The position numbers and the translations under genes are program-made. A stretch of 64,000 bases of DNA from Vicugna vicugna (taxonomy: Eukaryota): positions 1-64,000 of the forward strand of contig MU057987.1 of assembly GCA_013265495.1 (NCBI GenBank). The letters are read 5' to 3'. The notes beneath the pieces are model-generated. The model saw only the letters and a list, made by a program, of their open reading frames with translations. It was not told where the DNA came from and ran no database searches. Numbering within the stretch: the stretch's first letter is position 1; every line of letters begins with the position of its first letter. Positions 26,880-39,714 of the stretch are shown one piece after another.

Positions 26880-27640
26880 ATCCTCATTCATTTATGAACG
26901 TTTCCCATGACCCTGATGTAGATTTCAGCAGCATGAATTCAACTGAATGCATAATATTAAGTCATAAGGAACACATTATTTTATTTTGACCTTTCTCACA
27001 TTATTATTATTTAGGGTGTTTCATTGTTTCACTATTACAAATAACTGCGATAAATATCATTGCACATAATAAATTCCTAGAAGAGGTATTGTTGGGCCAA
27101 AATTATAAGTCTTAAGGGCTTTTGGTCCTTAATTTGCTTTCTTCAAGGTTTATCACTTTACACTAGCACCAACCATACGTGAAAGTAAACATTGCACTCT
27201 GCCATCTTTAACACTGAGAATTATTAAGGTAAGAAGAAAAATAGACCAATTTTATACCTGAAAAACAATCTCTCATTATTGTTTAAATAGGCAATTTTTA
27301 TAACTTTAGCAAAATTGGACACATTTTCAGTGAGCTTAGCAACTTTCTTTTTAACATTTTTTATTAAGTTATAATCATTTTACAAAGTTATGTCAAATTC
27401 CAGTGTAGAGCACAATTTTTCAGTTATACATGAACATATATATATTCATTGTTGCATTTTTTTGTCTGTGAGGTACCACAAGATCTTGTATATATTTCCC
27501 TGTGCTATAAAGTATAATCTTGTTTATCTATTCTACATTTTGAAATCCCAGTCTGTCCCTTCCCAACCCCTGCCCCCTTGGCAACCACAAGTTTGTATTC
27601 TACATCTATAAGTCTATTTCTGTTTTGTATTTCTGTTTTG

Positions 27641-27672
<32 letters not shown>

Positions 27673-28970
27673 GATTCCACATATGAGTGATCTCATATGG
27701 TGTTTACTCTTTCAGGCTTACTTCACTTAGAATGACATTCTCTAGGAGCATCCATGTTGCTGCAAATGGTGTTATGCTGTTGGTTTTTATGGCTGAGTAG
27801 TATTCCATTGTATAAATATACCACTTCTTCTTTATTCAGTCATCTGTTGATAGACATATAGGCTAATTCCTTGTCTTGGCTATTGTAAAGAGTGCTGCTA
27901 TGAACATTGGAGTGCAGGTGTCATCCTGAAGTAGGGTTCCTTCTGGATATATGCCCAGGAGTGGGATTCCTGGGTCATTTGGTAAGTCTATTCCTAGTCT
28001 TTTGAGGAATCTCCATGCTATTTTCCACAGTGGCTGCACAAAACTGCATTCCCACCAGCTGTGTAGGAAGGTTCCCCTTTCTCCACTCCCTCTCCAGCAT
28101 TTGTCATTTGTGGACTTTTGAATGACGGCCATTCTGACTGGTGTGAGGTGATACCTCATTGTAGCTGTGACTGGCATTTCTCTGATAATTAGTGATATTG
28201 AGCATTTTTTCAAATGTATGTCAGATAATGTTTTGCCTGTATTTTCTTCTAGGAGGTTTATTGTATCTTGTCTTATGTTTAAGTCTTTGATCCATTTTGA
28301 GTTGATTTTTGTGTATGGTGTAAGGGAGTGTTCTAGCTTCATTGATTTACATGCTGCTGTCCAGTTTTCCCAACACCATTTGCTGAAGAGACTGTCTTGA
28401 TTCCATTGTATATTCTTGCCTCCTTTGTTGAAGATTAGTTACTTATAAATTTATTTTTTCATTCATATGATGCTCTATTTTGCCCCTATGTTTTAATAAA
28501 TTTTTAAAAACAAATTTTAAGATCTCTTTACATATTAAATTAACTCTTTGCCGTATTTATTAAAAATTATCTCACTTTGTTTTTTCTTTTAATATATCTA
28601 TTACATACAAATTATCTGCAAACATGGATTTTTTTTTTATATAGACAAGCCATTGACACTTTAATTTGTTATTTCTGTCAGTAATTTAAGCTAGGAAGTC
28701 CTTACACGAAAACATTCACCATTTTTTAAACTTCAGGTTGTTTTACAGTTTCATTTTTTACATTTAACTAGAATTTACTCGGATTATTGTATGAGATAGA
28801 GATCTTTACTTCTGAATAGTTGCGCAATTTTCCGGAACCATAATAATCATTTATTTTGCCACTGATTTGTTAAATCACTTTTATCTTAAAATAAAGTCTT
28901 ACATAGGCCAGCACAGAGTTCAAGATTCTTTTGTTCTATTTATTCTAGTTATTCTTGGATTGGCATGTCC
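26880..28970 (-). mobile_element. Very old L1 (L1ME-like) remnant split by the younger L1 at 27346-28440
   Basis: ttattgtttcactattacaaataactgcgataaatatc, aaattcctagaagaggtattgttggg on the left; degenerate antisense L1 resumes after 28441. Confidence 0.5.
27346..28440 (-). mobile_element. Relatively young 5'-truncated L1, camelid-type 3' end, with an internal ORF2 deletion
   Basis: ORF 27863..28342 (-) [28 protein letters not shown]...[14 protein letters not shown]...[14 protein letters not shown] is L1 ORF2; (TTTTG)n in the 3'UTR; tail gtcaaattccagtgtagagcacaatttttcag. Confidence 0.95.
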
Positions 28971-29295
28971 TGGTTTTGAAAGTAACTGGAGAGAGAAAAA
29001 TATTTTCTAATCTTGTAATCTTGGTGTCACTTATAAATGTGCTGTTTAATAATAAAAATATACATGGCTAGAGGGGTGCTTCATTGGAAATATCTAAACC
29101 TGATAGCAGTGACCCACAGCTCTCATAAGTCATCCACTTCCTCCCATCCTGTCCCAGGTGAGGGTGCCTGGATGTATGGGTCTCAGCCTTGGGTGCACAT
29201 TAAAATCATCTGGAAAGCTGAAACCGTCCAGATGACTGGGCCAAGTCGGCCAAGAAAGTGTACTGTGAAAATATGGTCCCCAATTCTTTTTCCTA

Positions 29296-29667
29296 TTTTT
29301 TTTTAATTGAAGTACAGTCAAATACAATGTGTCAATTTCTGGTGTACAGCACAATGTCCCAATCATGCATAAACATACATATATTCATTTTCATATTTTT
29401 TCATTAGAGGTTATTATAAGATATTGAACATAGCTCCCTGTGCTACACAGAAGAAACTTTTTAAAATCTATTTTTATATATAGTGGTTAACATTTATAAG
29501 TCTCAAAATCCCAAAATTTATCCCTTCCCACCCTTTTTCCCTGGTAACCATAAGATTGTTTACTATGTGTGCAAGTCTTTTTCTGTTTTGTAGATGAGTT
29601 CATAGCGCCCTTTTTTTTTTTTAAGATTTCACATATGAGTGATATCACATGGTATTTTTCTTTCTTA
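29296..29667 (-). mobile_element. L1 3'UTR fragment
   Basis: ttttttaattgaagtacagtc...tttctggtgtacagcac...ccctggtaaccataag...catatgagtgatatcacatggt. Confidence 0.85.
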
Positions 29668-29879
29668 TGTTTTAATATAAATTGATGCCGGTTTTATAAA
29701 ATAAATTGGGTAGTTGTCCCAATTTTTTTTCATGCTGTGGAACTTCTTGATAAGCCTGAGAACTAAAAAAGGTGCAACAAATCATTTATAATTAGTCTTG
29801 GAATCTTTTATGGAGGTATTTATTTGATGCATATAAATTTGTTCCATGATTAATTTTTTATGCATTCTTTAGTTGGTTT

Positions 29880-30520
29880 GCTTATTCAACAAGTAAGTAT
29901 TGAGCACATGTCATGTACCAGATATGATACTAGTAGGTACTGATGACAAAATCATCAACAGACAAGAGATATCTTCTGCCCTCCTGGAGTATATTATCTA
30001 GTGCAGAGACACACAGAGATCCAAATACAATAAATATGTATAAAACTGCAGTTCAAACAATGCAATGCTAGGAAAAGCCAGGAGTTTGGTAGGAGGCAGG
30101 TAGATCAGAGAATGATCAACTGAGAAGCTGAAATGTGAGCTGGGGTATAAGTTATGAGATGTTGATTAGAGAAGGGGAGGACGAGTGGGAACATTTCACC
30201 CAAGAAAATAAGCATATTCAAGAGTCCTGTGGTGGAAGGAAGCAGAGTGATGGAAGGGACTGAGAGGAGGCCTGTGTGAGAAACAGATGGGGTCCAGACA
30301 ATTCGGGGCACCATGGACTACCTTACCAATTGCTGTCTTTATCCTAAGAGCAAATGTATTAAAAATGTTAAGGGCAAACCAACAAGTTTGTTCTGTAATT
30401 AGATTTGCCTTTCTGCAGTGTGAAGAACAGTATAAGGATGCTGGTTTGCAGAGTAAGTGTAAATAAACTAGTTGGACAGCTACTGATATAATCTGGGGAT
30501 GATGCTAGTAATTTGGACTA
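29880..30520 (-). mobile_element. L2 3' region
   Basis: ttattcaacaagtaagtattgagcac...tctgccctcctggag...aggcctgtgtg...ctttatcctaagagc. Confidence 0.65.
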
Positions 30521-30524
30521 GATC

Positions 30525-30686
30525 AAGAGTCTACAAGCCAGACCACAGGCCAAATTTGGCCCCCCACTTGGTTTTGTCAACAAAGTTTTATAGAAACATA
30601 GCCAAGCTCATTAATTTAGTATCTATGGCTGCTTTCCCATTACAATGACAAAAGCAAGTCATTGCAATAAAAGATAAATGGCTTCC
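30525..30686 (+). mobile_element. hAT-Charlie MITE fragment (MER58-like)
   Basis: ccacaggccaaatttggccc...aaagttttatagaaacatagcc...tctatggctgctttc. Confidence 0.7.
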
Positions 30687-30687
30687 A

Positions 30688-30880
30688 TCAGTCTGTTCTC
30701 TGTATCTATGAGCTTGGTGTTTTGCTTTGTTTGGTTTGGTTTTTAAATTCTACGTATAAATGAGATCATATGGTATTTGTCTTTCTCTGCCTAGATTACT
30801 TCACTTAGCATTGCACCCTCTGGGTCCATCCATGTTGTCACAAATGACAAGGGGTCTTTTTTTTTTGGTATAGGTGAATA
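30688..30880 (-). mobile_element. L1 3' fragment
   Basis: gtctgttctctgtatctatgag...gagatcatatggtatttgtctttctctg...gtccatccatgttgtcacaaatg. Confidence 0.8.
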
Positions 30881-31167
30881 TTCTGTAGATTGTCTTCCTG
30901 GTGATCTGAACTAATCAAACACACAAACAGTTACAATCTCTAACAGTCACTGCTACCCAAATTTTACACGTCTTAGCATTAACTGTTGGCTTGTTACATG
31001 TTGAAAATGCACCTCTCAGGAATCAATGCGTGCCTTCCTGTTTTGTTCTATTTCCTGCCTTGAAGTTTCTGTGCATTTTGATGCCCGAGTGGATATAGAA
31101 AGAAATAAGGATGTGCATGGCATGGGAGAAGTGAAGTGGGGAGGACTGGGCAGTACTTTGGGCTCCT

Positions 31168-31350
31168 TCAAACTGCAAACTATTACATGTAAAATAAGCT
31201 ACAAGGATCTATTGTACAACATGGAGACTATAGCCAATATTTTATAATAACTATAAATGGAATATAACATTTAAAGTTGTGAATTACTATACCTGTAACA
31301 TATACTATTGTACATCAATGGCACTGCAATTAATTAATTTTTTAAAAAAT
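31168..31350 (+). mobile_element. L1 3'UTR fragment
   Basis: Same 3'UTR type as 8885-9143 (gtaaaataagctacaaggatctattgtacaac). Confidence 0.8.
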
Positions 31351-34083
31351 TTTAAAAATACATCATCTGTAACAGGACAGTATACACTACCAAGTTTTCT
31401 AAATGGTCCAAATATTGAAGAGGGGAGGGGTGGGTAGTTGGTGGGGGAAGGGAGTGGGGCAGAGGTCCTGTCTTTATATCTATTTTGACTGTTAAATCTG
31501 CTGTGACAGAAAAAGATACATTAGCCACTGACCATGGTCCTCATAGTTGGAATTAAGATGCCTAGTTCCAGATGTAGGACATAGCTTTTCTATCTCTTCA
31601 TATCATTGTCATATTCTTCCCTGATTTTTTTTTTCATTTCCCTCAATACAGATTAAGGGAAGAATTATCTGCCAGCCACTGCACTGCACTGGAAGCCAGA
31701 CAATGGCTTTCTTCTCTGGTAGATTCCTGACTCCGAAATGACCCTCTAAAAGATCTGCTTGCCTTGGTTTTATTTCTGTATATATTACACATTTTGCTTA
31801 TCATAAGCCAGGAATGCATGATCCAAAAGTCATAGTATAAAATAACAAAAAGCCCCAAAGTGGCAAAATGAACTCGATCTTAAGACCCTGTAATTTCCTC
31901 TCCTTTAAAACCAGGACACTGAAATTACCATGACAAGCTTCCACAGAGGAATTGGAACTAACACCTCACTCATTTTTACTTGGCCGTGACATTTTTATGG
32001 TTCCCTGTCTACCCTCAAAGCAGTAACTCTGCTATCTGCGAGCTCCCTAAGTTCACTCTTGCCCTATTACAGTGGTTAATGGTAGGTGAATGTGAGATCA
32101 TTTTTACCTCTCTTCTTTTTAAAATTAGCAATCAGAGTTGCTACAACCCGAGTCACAGATAAAGTTGTGCAAAATTAACTACGTCCTGAAAGTTTCTCCA
32201 TCATCTTTAAATACCAATTATTATGTGACTGACCAGTAAAGTTAATACTATCATTTCACAATATTGGCACGTTAGAGATTTACCTCCTAAAAATCATTAA
32301 GATATTGCTTTCTCAGGAAAATTACGGCATTTTCCCAACATGCAAGCATGAGGGAAGGCATTACTGTCTTTGATATTAACTGGTGTTTGGGACCTTTAAA
32401 ACTGGGTCTTCCCCATGCCTTAGGAAGATAGTTCCTAGCCTAGAAGGATTGTTTCTCCATCTATTATTTTTACTTAGTGCCCGGAAGTACTGTCTTTCTC
32501 CTCTCCTACCAAAATGGAACCCACTTGCTCAGAAATATTCAGGAAAATCTTCTGTGAGAGGAAGCGATACCTCCAGAAGACCATTGTTAGAATGCATTTC
32601 TGCCCTGGAAGGAAGGGACCGATGGCCCTGTGGGCTGTGGCCCCTTGGGCTTCTCCCTTTAGCTCATCTGCAGACATCAGCCTCTCTTTCACGTCACCTT
32701 GCCAAGCAAAGCCTGCAAAGCTGGGAGGAGAGGAGGCTCAGGTAAACCTCAGAGGGAGGAGTTGGAGGACAAGCTGGAGAAGATGAGCCATGACTGCTCT
32801 AGAGGCACCTGCAGCCTTCAGGAGTTTGGGAAAGTCAAGGTCATGTCCACACGGGGCCCTGGGCCATCAGAGGAGTTGCATAAAGACTCCTGAACTCAAA
32901 GTTTGGATCGGGGGCATTCAGATTAGAAGTCAGTTGTGCTGGGAGGAAAGGAAGAGATTTCATCCAAGATAAATAAAAGTGGGGACAATGAACATGACCT
33001 TCACTTGCATCCAACTGTGCTGAGGGCCAGCTCAGGGTTAAAGAAATCTGCTGTTAACTGAAGAGACTGTTACCTTTCCTACGCTTTTTCACTCACGGCG
33101 TTCAGACTTCCTCAGCTGGCCACCTATTACTGGATTTCAGCCATGTGACCTCTAGGAAAAAACTCTGGAGGGTTTTTGGGTCTCCGCCTTCTAACGGGGC
33201 CTTTCCTCCTTCTCTGGCGGATATTATTCTTCTTAAAATGCCTCAGTGTATAGTCAGCAAAGAGGATGAGAACACAGCCTATCAGAGGCCTACTTCCGTT
33301 GACTGGCCTCCCCCGCCCCTTAGTGACTCCTCTGACCCTGCTGGAAAAGTCATGAATCTCCTTAACATTATATTCTTAATGAGGCTATTTACCCTGCATA
33401 CTAAATGAGATCACCACTATGTAATAAATTCTCTGCTCTGCACTAAGCCAGAAGGGTCAGCCTCTTCAGCCGCTTACAACTAAACCTTTTAACTGATAAG
33501 AACATTATTGCCGCACACAGATTGCGTCTCTTGAGGTTATCATGACTCTAGAATCCCAGTAACCCAGAACTGTTTTCTACATGCCCTAAAATGGTATCCG
33601 GTTTTAATTTTAATTTTAATTTTTAATTGCAATTGCTATTGTTTTCATTTTGGAAAACAACCTGGGAAAATCATCTGAACTGCTAAATATCCACAAAGAG
33701 TCTCTCTTGACAGAACATACATACATAAGTGCGTGTACAACCAAGAGTTTTACATACACAAGGAAGAAAGCTCAGTTTTCTAGTTCTTACCTCGCCATCT
33801 GACCTATTTTAAGGTGTAACAGAAAATGCTCATTGTCCTTCTTCTGAGCAGAGCAGATCCTGGGTATTTCAAAAGTCTTGTCGTCAGGGTGGAGGGGTGC
33901 AGGCGGGGGAGTGTGGAGATTTAGAAGAGATAGAGGTATATTTATGGGGGATTGAGGATGGCTGTGGGATGTGAACTTCTGAAGTAAATGCTGCCAAATA
34001 GGTAACGGAAAACCCTTTCTCCATTTCCTGCATATTGTTTAGGAATCTTTGTGAGTGGATTACTTACAATGAATTCAAAGAAG

Positions 34084-34455
34084 TGTACAGTAGACTGAAT
34101 ATTTGTATCCTGCTAAAATTCATGTTAAAAACAAACCCCCAATGTGATGGTATTTGGAGGCGGGGTGATTGATTGGGAGGTGATTAGGTCATGAGGATGG
34201 AGCCCCTGTGAATAGGATTAGTGTCCTTATAAAAGAGACCCCAGAAAGTTCCCTTGTCCCTTCCACCACGTGAGTACACAGTGAAAAGACAGCCATCTAT
34301 GAAGCAAAAAGTGCACCCTCACCAGACACCAAATCTGCCAGTGCTTTCTTATTTGGGACTTCCCAGCCCCCAGAACTTGGAGAGATAAATTGCTGTTGTT
34401 CATAAGCCACCCAGTCTATGGCATTCTGATACAGCATCCTGCACAGACTGCAACA
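34084..34455 (+). mobile_element. MaLR solo LTR (MLT1A-like)
   Basis: gactgaatatttgtatcc...aatgtgatggtatttggagg...ccttataaaagagacccc...ataaattgctgttgttcataagccacccagtctatgg. Confidence 0.88.
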
Positions 34456-35060
34456 AAGAGCTAATCCTGCGTCCCCTTTGAAACGGGTTGATATAGTGGC
34501 AGTGTATGTGTCCATTGGTCTTTTCTCACGAGGGGAAACACTCTTGATTGTTAAAAACACCTTCTCCACTAAAGCCTGAAATTCTACCACCAGCACAGTC
34601 ACCTGTTGTAAGCAATCCTCTTTTCTTTTACAATGAAATGCTCTCAGGAGTCCTCTGCACCTTCATGGGAATGAACCTGTATTTCCTCAGAGCGCTGCTG
34701 CGCAGACTGGCCACGGGAGAGCTCAGGGTGGAAAGGAAGGGAGGCGAGGTCAGGGCAAGAGCTCAGCCTAACACACACATTGCCCTGCCCTGAAATGTGG
34801 GCTTGGCCTGAATGCCAAAGGGCGCTGAGGATCCAGGCCAGGGGTGCTGGGAGAGGAGAACCTCCACTGTTGTTTCTCGTTAGATCCTTCCCTTCCCCAC
34901 AATTTACTTAAACACCACGCCTCCTGAATCTTGCTCTTGGGCAAACTGAAGAGAGAGCCTGGATGCGACCCATGGGAGGTGGATTCCAGCAGAAATGGAG
35001 AGCTGATGGTAATGAGAAGGATGACTCACTAGGTCTCTACAGGGAAATATACGTATGGGG

Positions 35061-35086
35061 TGTGTGTGTGTGTGTGTGTGTGTGTG
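35061..35086. repeat. (TG)13 microsatellite
   Basis: Read directly. Confidence 0.97.
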
Positions 35087-35157
35087 TCTGTGTTTACATA
35101 AATACATGCAGAGAGAGAAAGAGAAGTAGAATGGAAAATCATTTGTTCATTCATTTA

Positions 35158-35610
35158 AATTTTTTAAAAAACTGAAGTATAGTTGATTTTCATTGTTGTG
35201 TTAGTTTCTGGTGTACAGCATAGTGATTCAGTCATAGGCATATATATATGCATATATATATATATATATTCTTTTTCATTATAGGTTGTTACAAGATATT
35301 GAATACAGTTCCCTGTGCTATACCATAGGACCTTGTTGTTTATCTATTTTATATATAGTAGTTTACATCTGCTAGTCCCAAACTCCTAATTTATCCCTCT
35401 TTCCTCCCCCTTTGTAACCATAAGTTTGTTTTCTATGTCTGAGTCTGTTTCTGTTTTGTCAATAAGAACATTTGTCTTGTTTTTTTTTCCGATTCCACAT
35501 ATAAGTGATATCATGGGGTATTTGTCTTTTTCTTCCTAACTTACTTCACTTCATATGATAATCTCTCGGTCCATCCATGTTGCTGCAGGTGGCATTATTT
35601 CATTCTGTTC
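35158..35610 (-). mobile_element. L1 3' end
   Basis: actgaagtatagttgattt...tttctggtgtacagcatagtgattcag...gattccacatataagtgatatc...ccatgttgctgca. Confidence 0.88.
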
Positions 35611-36224
35611 GTTCATTATTAATTCATGAAATCACTGCATGTGCAGCCTAGCCCTCAATCCCAACAAATACTCTCTGTCTCTGGCAAGGACAGTAATGCA
35701 TGCGAGACTAGAGTGCCAGAAGAAATGAGTAGGGATGCTGCCATGCGTACTGATGGAGGAGAGGCAGGTGCCAAGGGGACAGCAGAGTTGTCGGCACAGG
35801 GGGCAGCTGCACATGGTGCCGCTCCCTCCTGCAGCTGATGTGATGGTGTCCATCGCAACGGCTGCAGCCTGGAAAACTGCTCCCACCATTCCTCTCACTG
35901 AAGGACTAAAATTTCCCCCAGCCTCTCAGTGGGCTAACCCAGCCTTCCCTCCATTGTTTTGCTTTGAAAGACTGAGGCAATTTCCATCCTGCAGAGAAAA
36001 TTTCCCATGACTGAGGACATACCCAAGGTAACTGATCATTTCAGCTGCCATGCTCTGTGATATTTATTCCTAAGGAAGATGCATTTTAAAAAAGGAAATC
36101 TTGAAATGTGGCTTTAAAAATTAACACTTGAGGTCAAATAGCTCTCGGGAGCCTTGCTTAGAAAGAACAGTGTAGGAGAGAAATGAAGTAGCTACAGGGA
36201 AATTTAACTGAGAAGACTCTCTCT

Positions 36225-36382
36225 CATATATATATATACATGAAATATATCTATATATGTATTTATAATGTATACTATAACAATATTATAATATATAACA
36301 TAAATTATAGTATGTATTGTATTTTTAATCTATATACATCTAAATTATATATATAAAGTGAATATTTATAGATATATAATTA
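36225..36382. repeat. Degenerate (TA)n / AT-rich low-complexity tract
   Basis: Read directly. Confidence 0.85.
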
Positions 36383-36699
36383 GCATGCTATTAGGAGAGG
36401 CTAGAAAGCTTTTATTCCCTTCCCCAACCCAAAGCTTAATTGAAAAAGGACTGTGATAGAGAAACTCAGCTGCTTTATAAAGGTTACCTAATCACCACCA
36501 AATTCCCCTTTCCCTCTTCCAGGGGTCTCTACTTCCCTTCCCCTCTCCCTCCTTTCCTTGCTTCCTAAGGATCAGTTGTGCAGAATTCAACTTATTCAAC
36601 ACCTCTCAGCCTGTGAATTACTATCATCATCATCTGTTAGAGTCTCTCTTTTAAAAATTCAGTTTGTTCCCTTTTATCTGATTTTCTCAATCAAAATGT

Positions 36700-37124
36700 A
36701 TCAAATGGGGCTAAAATCAAGGTGTCAAGCGGGGCTGCATCCTTCCTGGAAGCCCTAGGGAGAATCCTTGCTCTTCCCTGCCTCTAGAGGGCACCTGCGT
36801 TCCCTGGCTCACAGCTCCATTTTCTCTCTTCAAAGCCATTGACATTGAGCCAATGCCTCCTCAGGCTGCCCTTTCTCTGGTTCTCCATCCGGTTCTGTGT
36901 TTCTCCTACCTCCATCTTCTACTTTTAAGGACCCTGTGATTACAATGAGTCCACCCAGACAGTCCAGGATAAATCTGGACAATCTCCTCCTCTCTAGGTC
37001 AGCTGATTAGCAACTTTAATTCCATCTGCAATCTTCATTGCCCTGGGTCACGTAAGAGAACGTATTCAGTTTCTGGGGAGTAGGATGTGAGCATCTTTGG
37101 GGGACCATTAATCTGCCTACCATT
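36700..37124 (-). mobile_element. MaLR LTR (MLT1 family)
   Basis: ggggctaaaatcaaggtgtc...tttaaggaccctgtgattaca...gggggaccattaatctgcctacca. Confidence 0.8.
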
Positions 37125-37369
37125 GGTAGCTCTTTAAAATGAGGCCATGGAGAGTGGACTTGAATCCAAACCTTGACCTGGAAACAATTCTCAAGCCCAG
37201 CTGAGATCAGCAGAGTTGCCTGAGATGACCTGAAGGCACACGAGGAAGACATAATGCTATGTCTCCCAAGAACGAGAAAGACATAATGCTACTATGGCCA
37301 CTGAAATGCTGAGGTTGTCTGAATAATACAAACAATATTTGACTCAACCATTTACAAACAGAATCATCT

Positions 37370-38510
37370 AAGAATTGTAACCTGGTTTCACAAGATGTCA
37401 GAAAGTTTGTGAAAAAATATCATATTCTGTTTTCTTCAGGCTAAACATCCAAATTATTTTATCTTTCGTTTGTAGGATCTTCACTTACTTAGTTGTGTTG
37501 GATTGCTGTATCACATCATCACACCATCACCTTTTTCTGGAGCAAGAATTATCTTCCCCAGAATCCCATTCCTCCTGTGGCTCTGGGGCAGAGTTTAACA
37601 GTGAGAAGTTCTCTTGTAAGATTTGAAAGGTGTTAGAAAAGGATTGGCTATTAATCTCTGAGGGAAGCTGCCCAGGAAAGGAGAACCACCGTCTTCAGTG
37701 CTTCAGACCAAGATCACCAGTGTGGGGTCCCTGACCTCCCTTTCCCTGCTGTTCCTACAGTGATTTAAGCCCACATTTCCCATATAAATCCTTTATGCCT
37801 GGAATGCATGGCATGGCCTTTATCTTCCTGACCAAATCCTGACAGATACAGCATCAGTAGACACCAACTGAGGACATACTATGGGCCAAGCAGCACACTC
37901 TCACATCGGCCTTAGTTAGTCTCCACCCCTTTAAGGCTGTCACTTTCATACAGAACCATGTTTGCCCACACTGTCTTCAAAGTCTGCTCACAACAAATTC
38001 TCAGTTCTCTCTTATGAGAGATGCTGAAATTATCTTTATAAGTTAATCATTAATACATCTTCATTATGTTGACATGGATCATTTTTCTATAGATATGATT
38101 AATTACTATTTCCACACCTTATATTCCTTTTCAGACTCTTTTCCTTATCTAAACCAACCTGCATGTGTTTTTTGCAAATGCGATACATTCTTTTCATGAA
38201 AATTATATTGGGCTTTTTTTTCCAATTCCAAAAATCTTAATAACCCACCTAACATCAGCTCTTCAGTTCTAGTTACATACTATAAACTTGTTGATCAGGT
38301 CATCAATAAATTTATTGATTAGGAGAGATTCCAGGATCAATTCCTGCTAAATTCTGCTCAATGCATCTGCTCAGGTTAACGTGAAGCTGCCATATGCAGC
38401 TTTCAAGTCCCTGGAAAGAGTAACATGGTGGTACCTCCTGTTCTTAATCTGTGTTAACCGTGATCTGTGGTTTAGAATCAAAGGCTTTACCAAAGTAAAA
38501 CTAAATAAAC
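37370..38510 (-). mobile_element. L3/CR1 LINE remnant (RT region), interrupted by an LTR
   Basis: ttcttcaggctaaacatcc; tcatcaataaatttattgattaggagag...ccagg; tcaaaggctttaccaaagt resemble antisense CR1 RT motifs. Confidence 0.45.
37495..37850 (+). mobile_element. ERVL solo LTR (LTR16-like)
   Basis: cagaatcccattcctcctgtggctctgggg...ttcctgaccaaatcctgacagataca end. Confidence 0.55.
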
Positions 38511-39714
38511 TTTACTAAAATAAGAATAAAATCTAAAAAACTATAAAGCATTACTCAATTCACTGAAATCAATTATACTACATTTATAAATACACGATGA
38601 ATTCTTCATATTTCATATTCAACTCTTGTGCACACTAATGTCAACTCAAGTTTCGGCTCCTCAGTTTATTGGAATTTTCATCTATTATCATTTGGCATTT
38701 ATTAATGTGTGAATATTTAATTTGTCAACTCATAAAGGACACACATGATGGGTGTGCTTGGGCATCGATACGGTATTTCTAACATACAGTCCATTTTTAT
38801 TTTGTAAACGAAAAAAAAGGTGAAATTGAAATTATCATCATCAACTATCTGAGAAGATTTCTACAAAATTGACAGTTCAATCACAAAAACTGGTCAAATC
38901 CTTCTTCCTCCAAACTTGTTTGAACTTTTGGACGATTCCTGTCTTACCACATGATTGTTACCTTTATTTCTTTTTCCTTCTCTACTCAGGTGAACCACTA
39001 AGCAGCTATGGCCCTGAGACTTTAGAAGAGCCCCATCCTGTGAGCATCATTTGTCCCAGGAGGAATGTTCTCTTTTGTCAGCGATTTAATACAGCAGACG
39101 CTGCTGCCAGGTCTTTTTTGTTAGTGCTTCATGCCTCCTCTCCAGTTCTTTTGCCTATGTCACTGTGCTCTTGTTTTTATACGTCTTTCCCCCAAACTGT
39201 GTCTGATCCTCTAATATTTGCACTCTTCCAGGACTCTGGAATTTGATCTAATGCCTTCACTTGCTTTCTGGTTACTGAATTTGCCTGACTCCTGACTTGA
39301 TTTGTCCATGGCGTTGCCTTGCCCCTGGGCTTCACGGGTCAACCTCTCAGAGTCTTGCTCTGAGCATGAAGTCCCATGCAACTCAGTTCTCTGTGGCTTT
39401 CCTGCTCCTGTCTTACCTGAATCTTTTATCTGAGTTTCTTACCTTAATGAGGGTTAATGGCTTATATAATGATGGCGATGTGCATACAATGGACATTTTA
39501 GCTGTGCCACAGTCTTCAAACTTTAGCTCTCCCAAACGTTCAAGGATCACTTGACGTTTTAAACTTAGTATGTAAAAAAGTTTTCCCCCATTAAAAAATA
39601 TTTCACGCTTCTGAATATTGTATAGCTTTTATTCTAAATGGAAATGAATTCTATCTTGATTGGAGGGGATGTGTAGAATCAAATATCTGAATAAATTACG
39701 TCATCGGTCTACCG

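Noticed and set aside
31643..31775. Possible exon 2 in phase with ATG GCG AG at 33791 (MARNKTKASRSF...)
   Set aside because: Acceptor lacks a pyrimidine tract; peptide not recognised
35995..36027. 33-nt plus-strand exon-like segment (RKFPMTEDIPK)
   Set aside because: Isolated, with no partner exon or homology; such pairs arise often by chance
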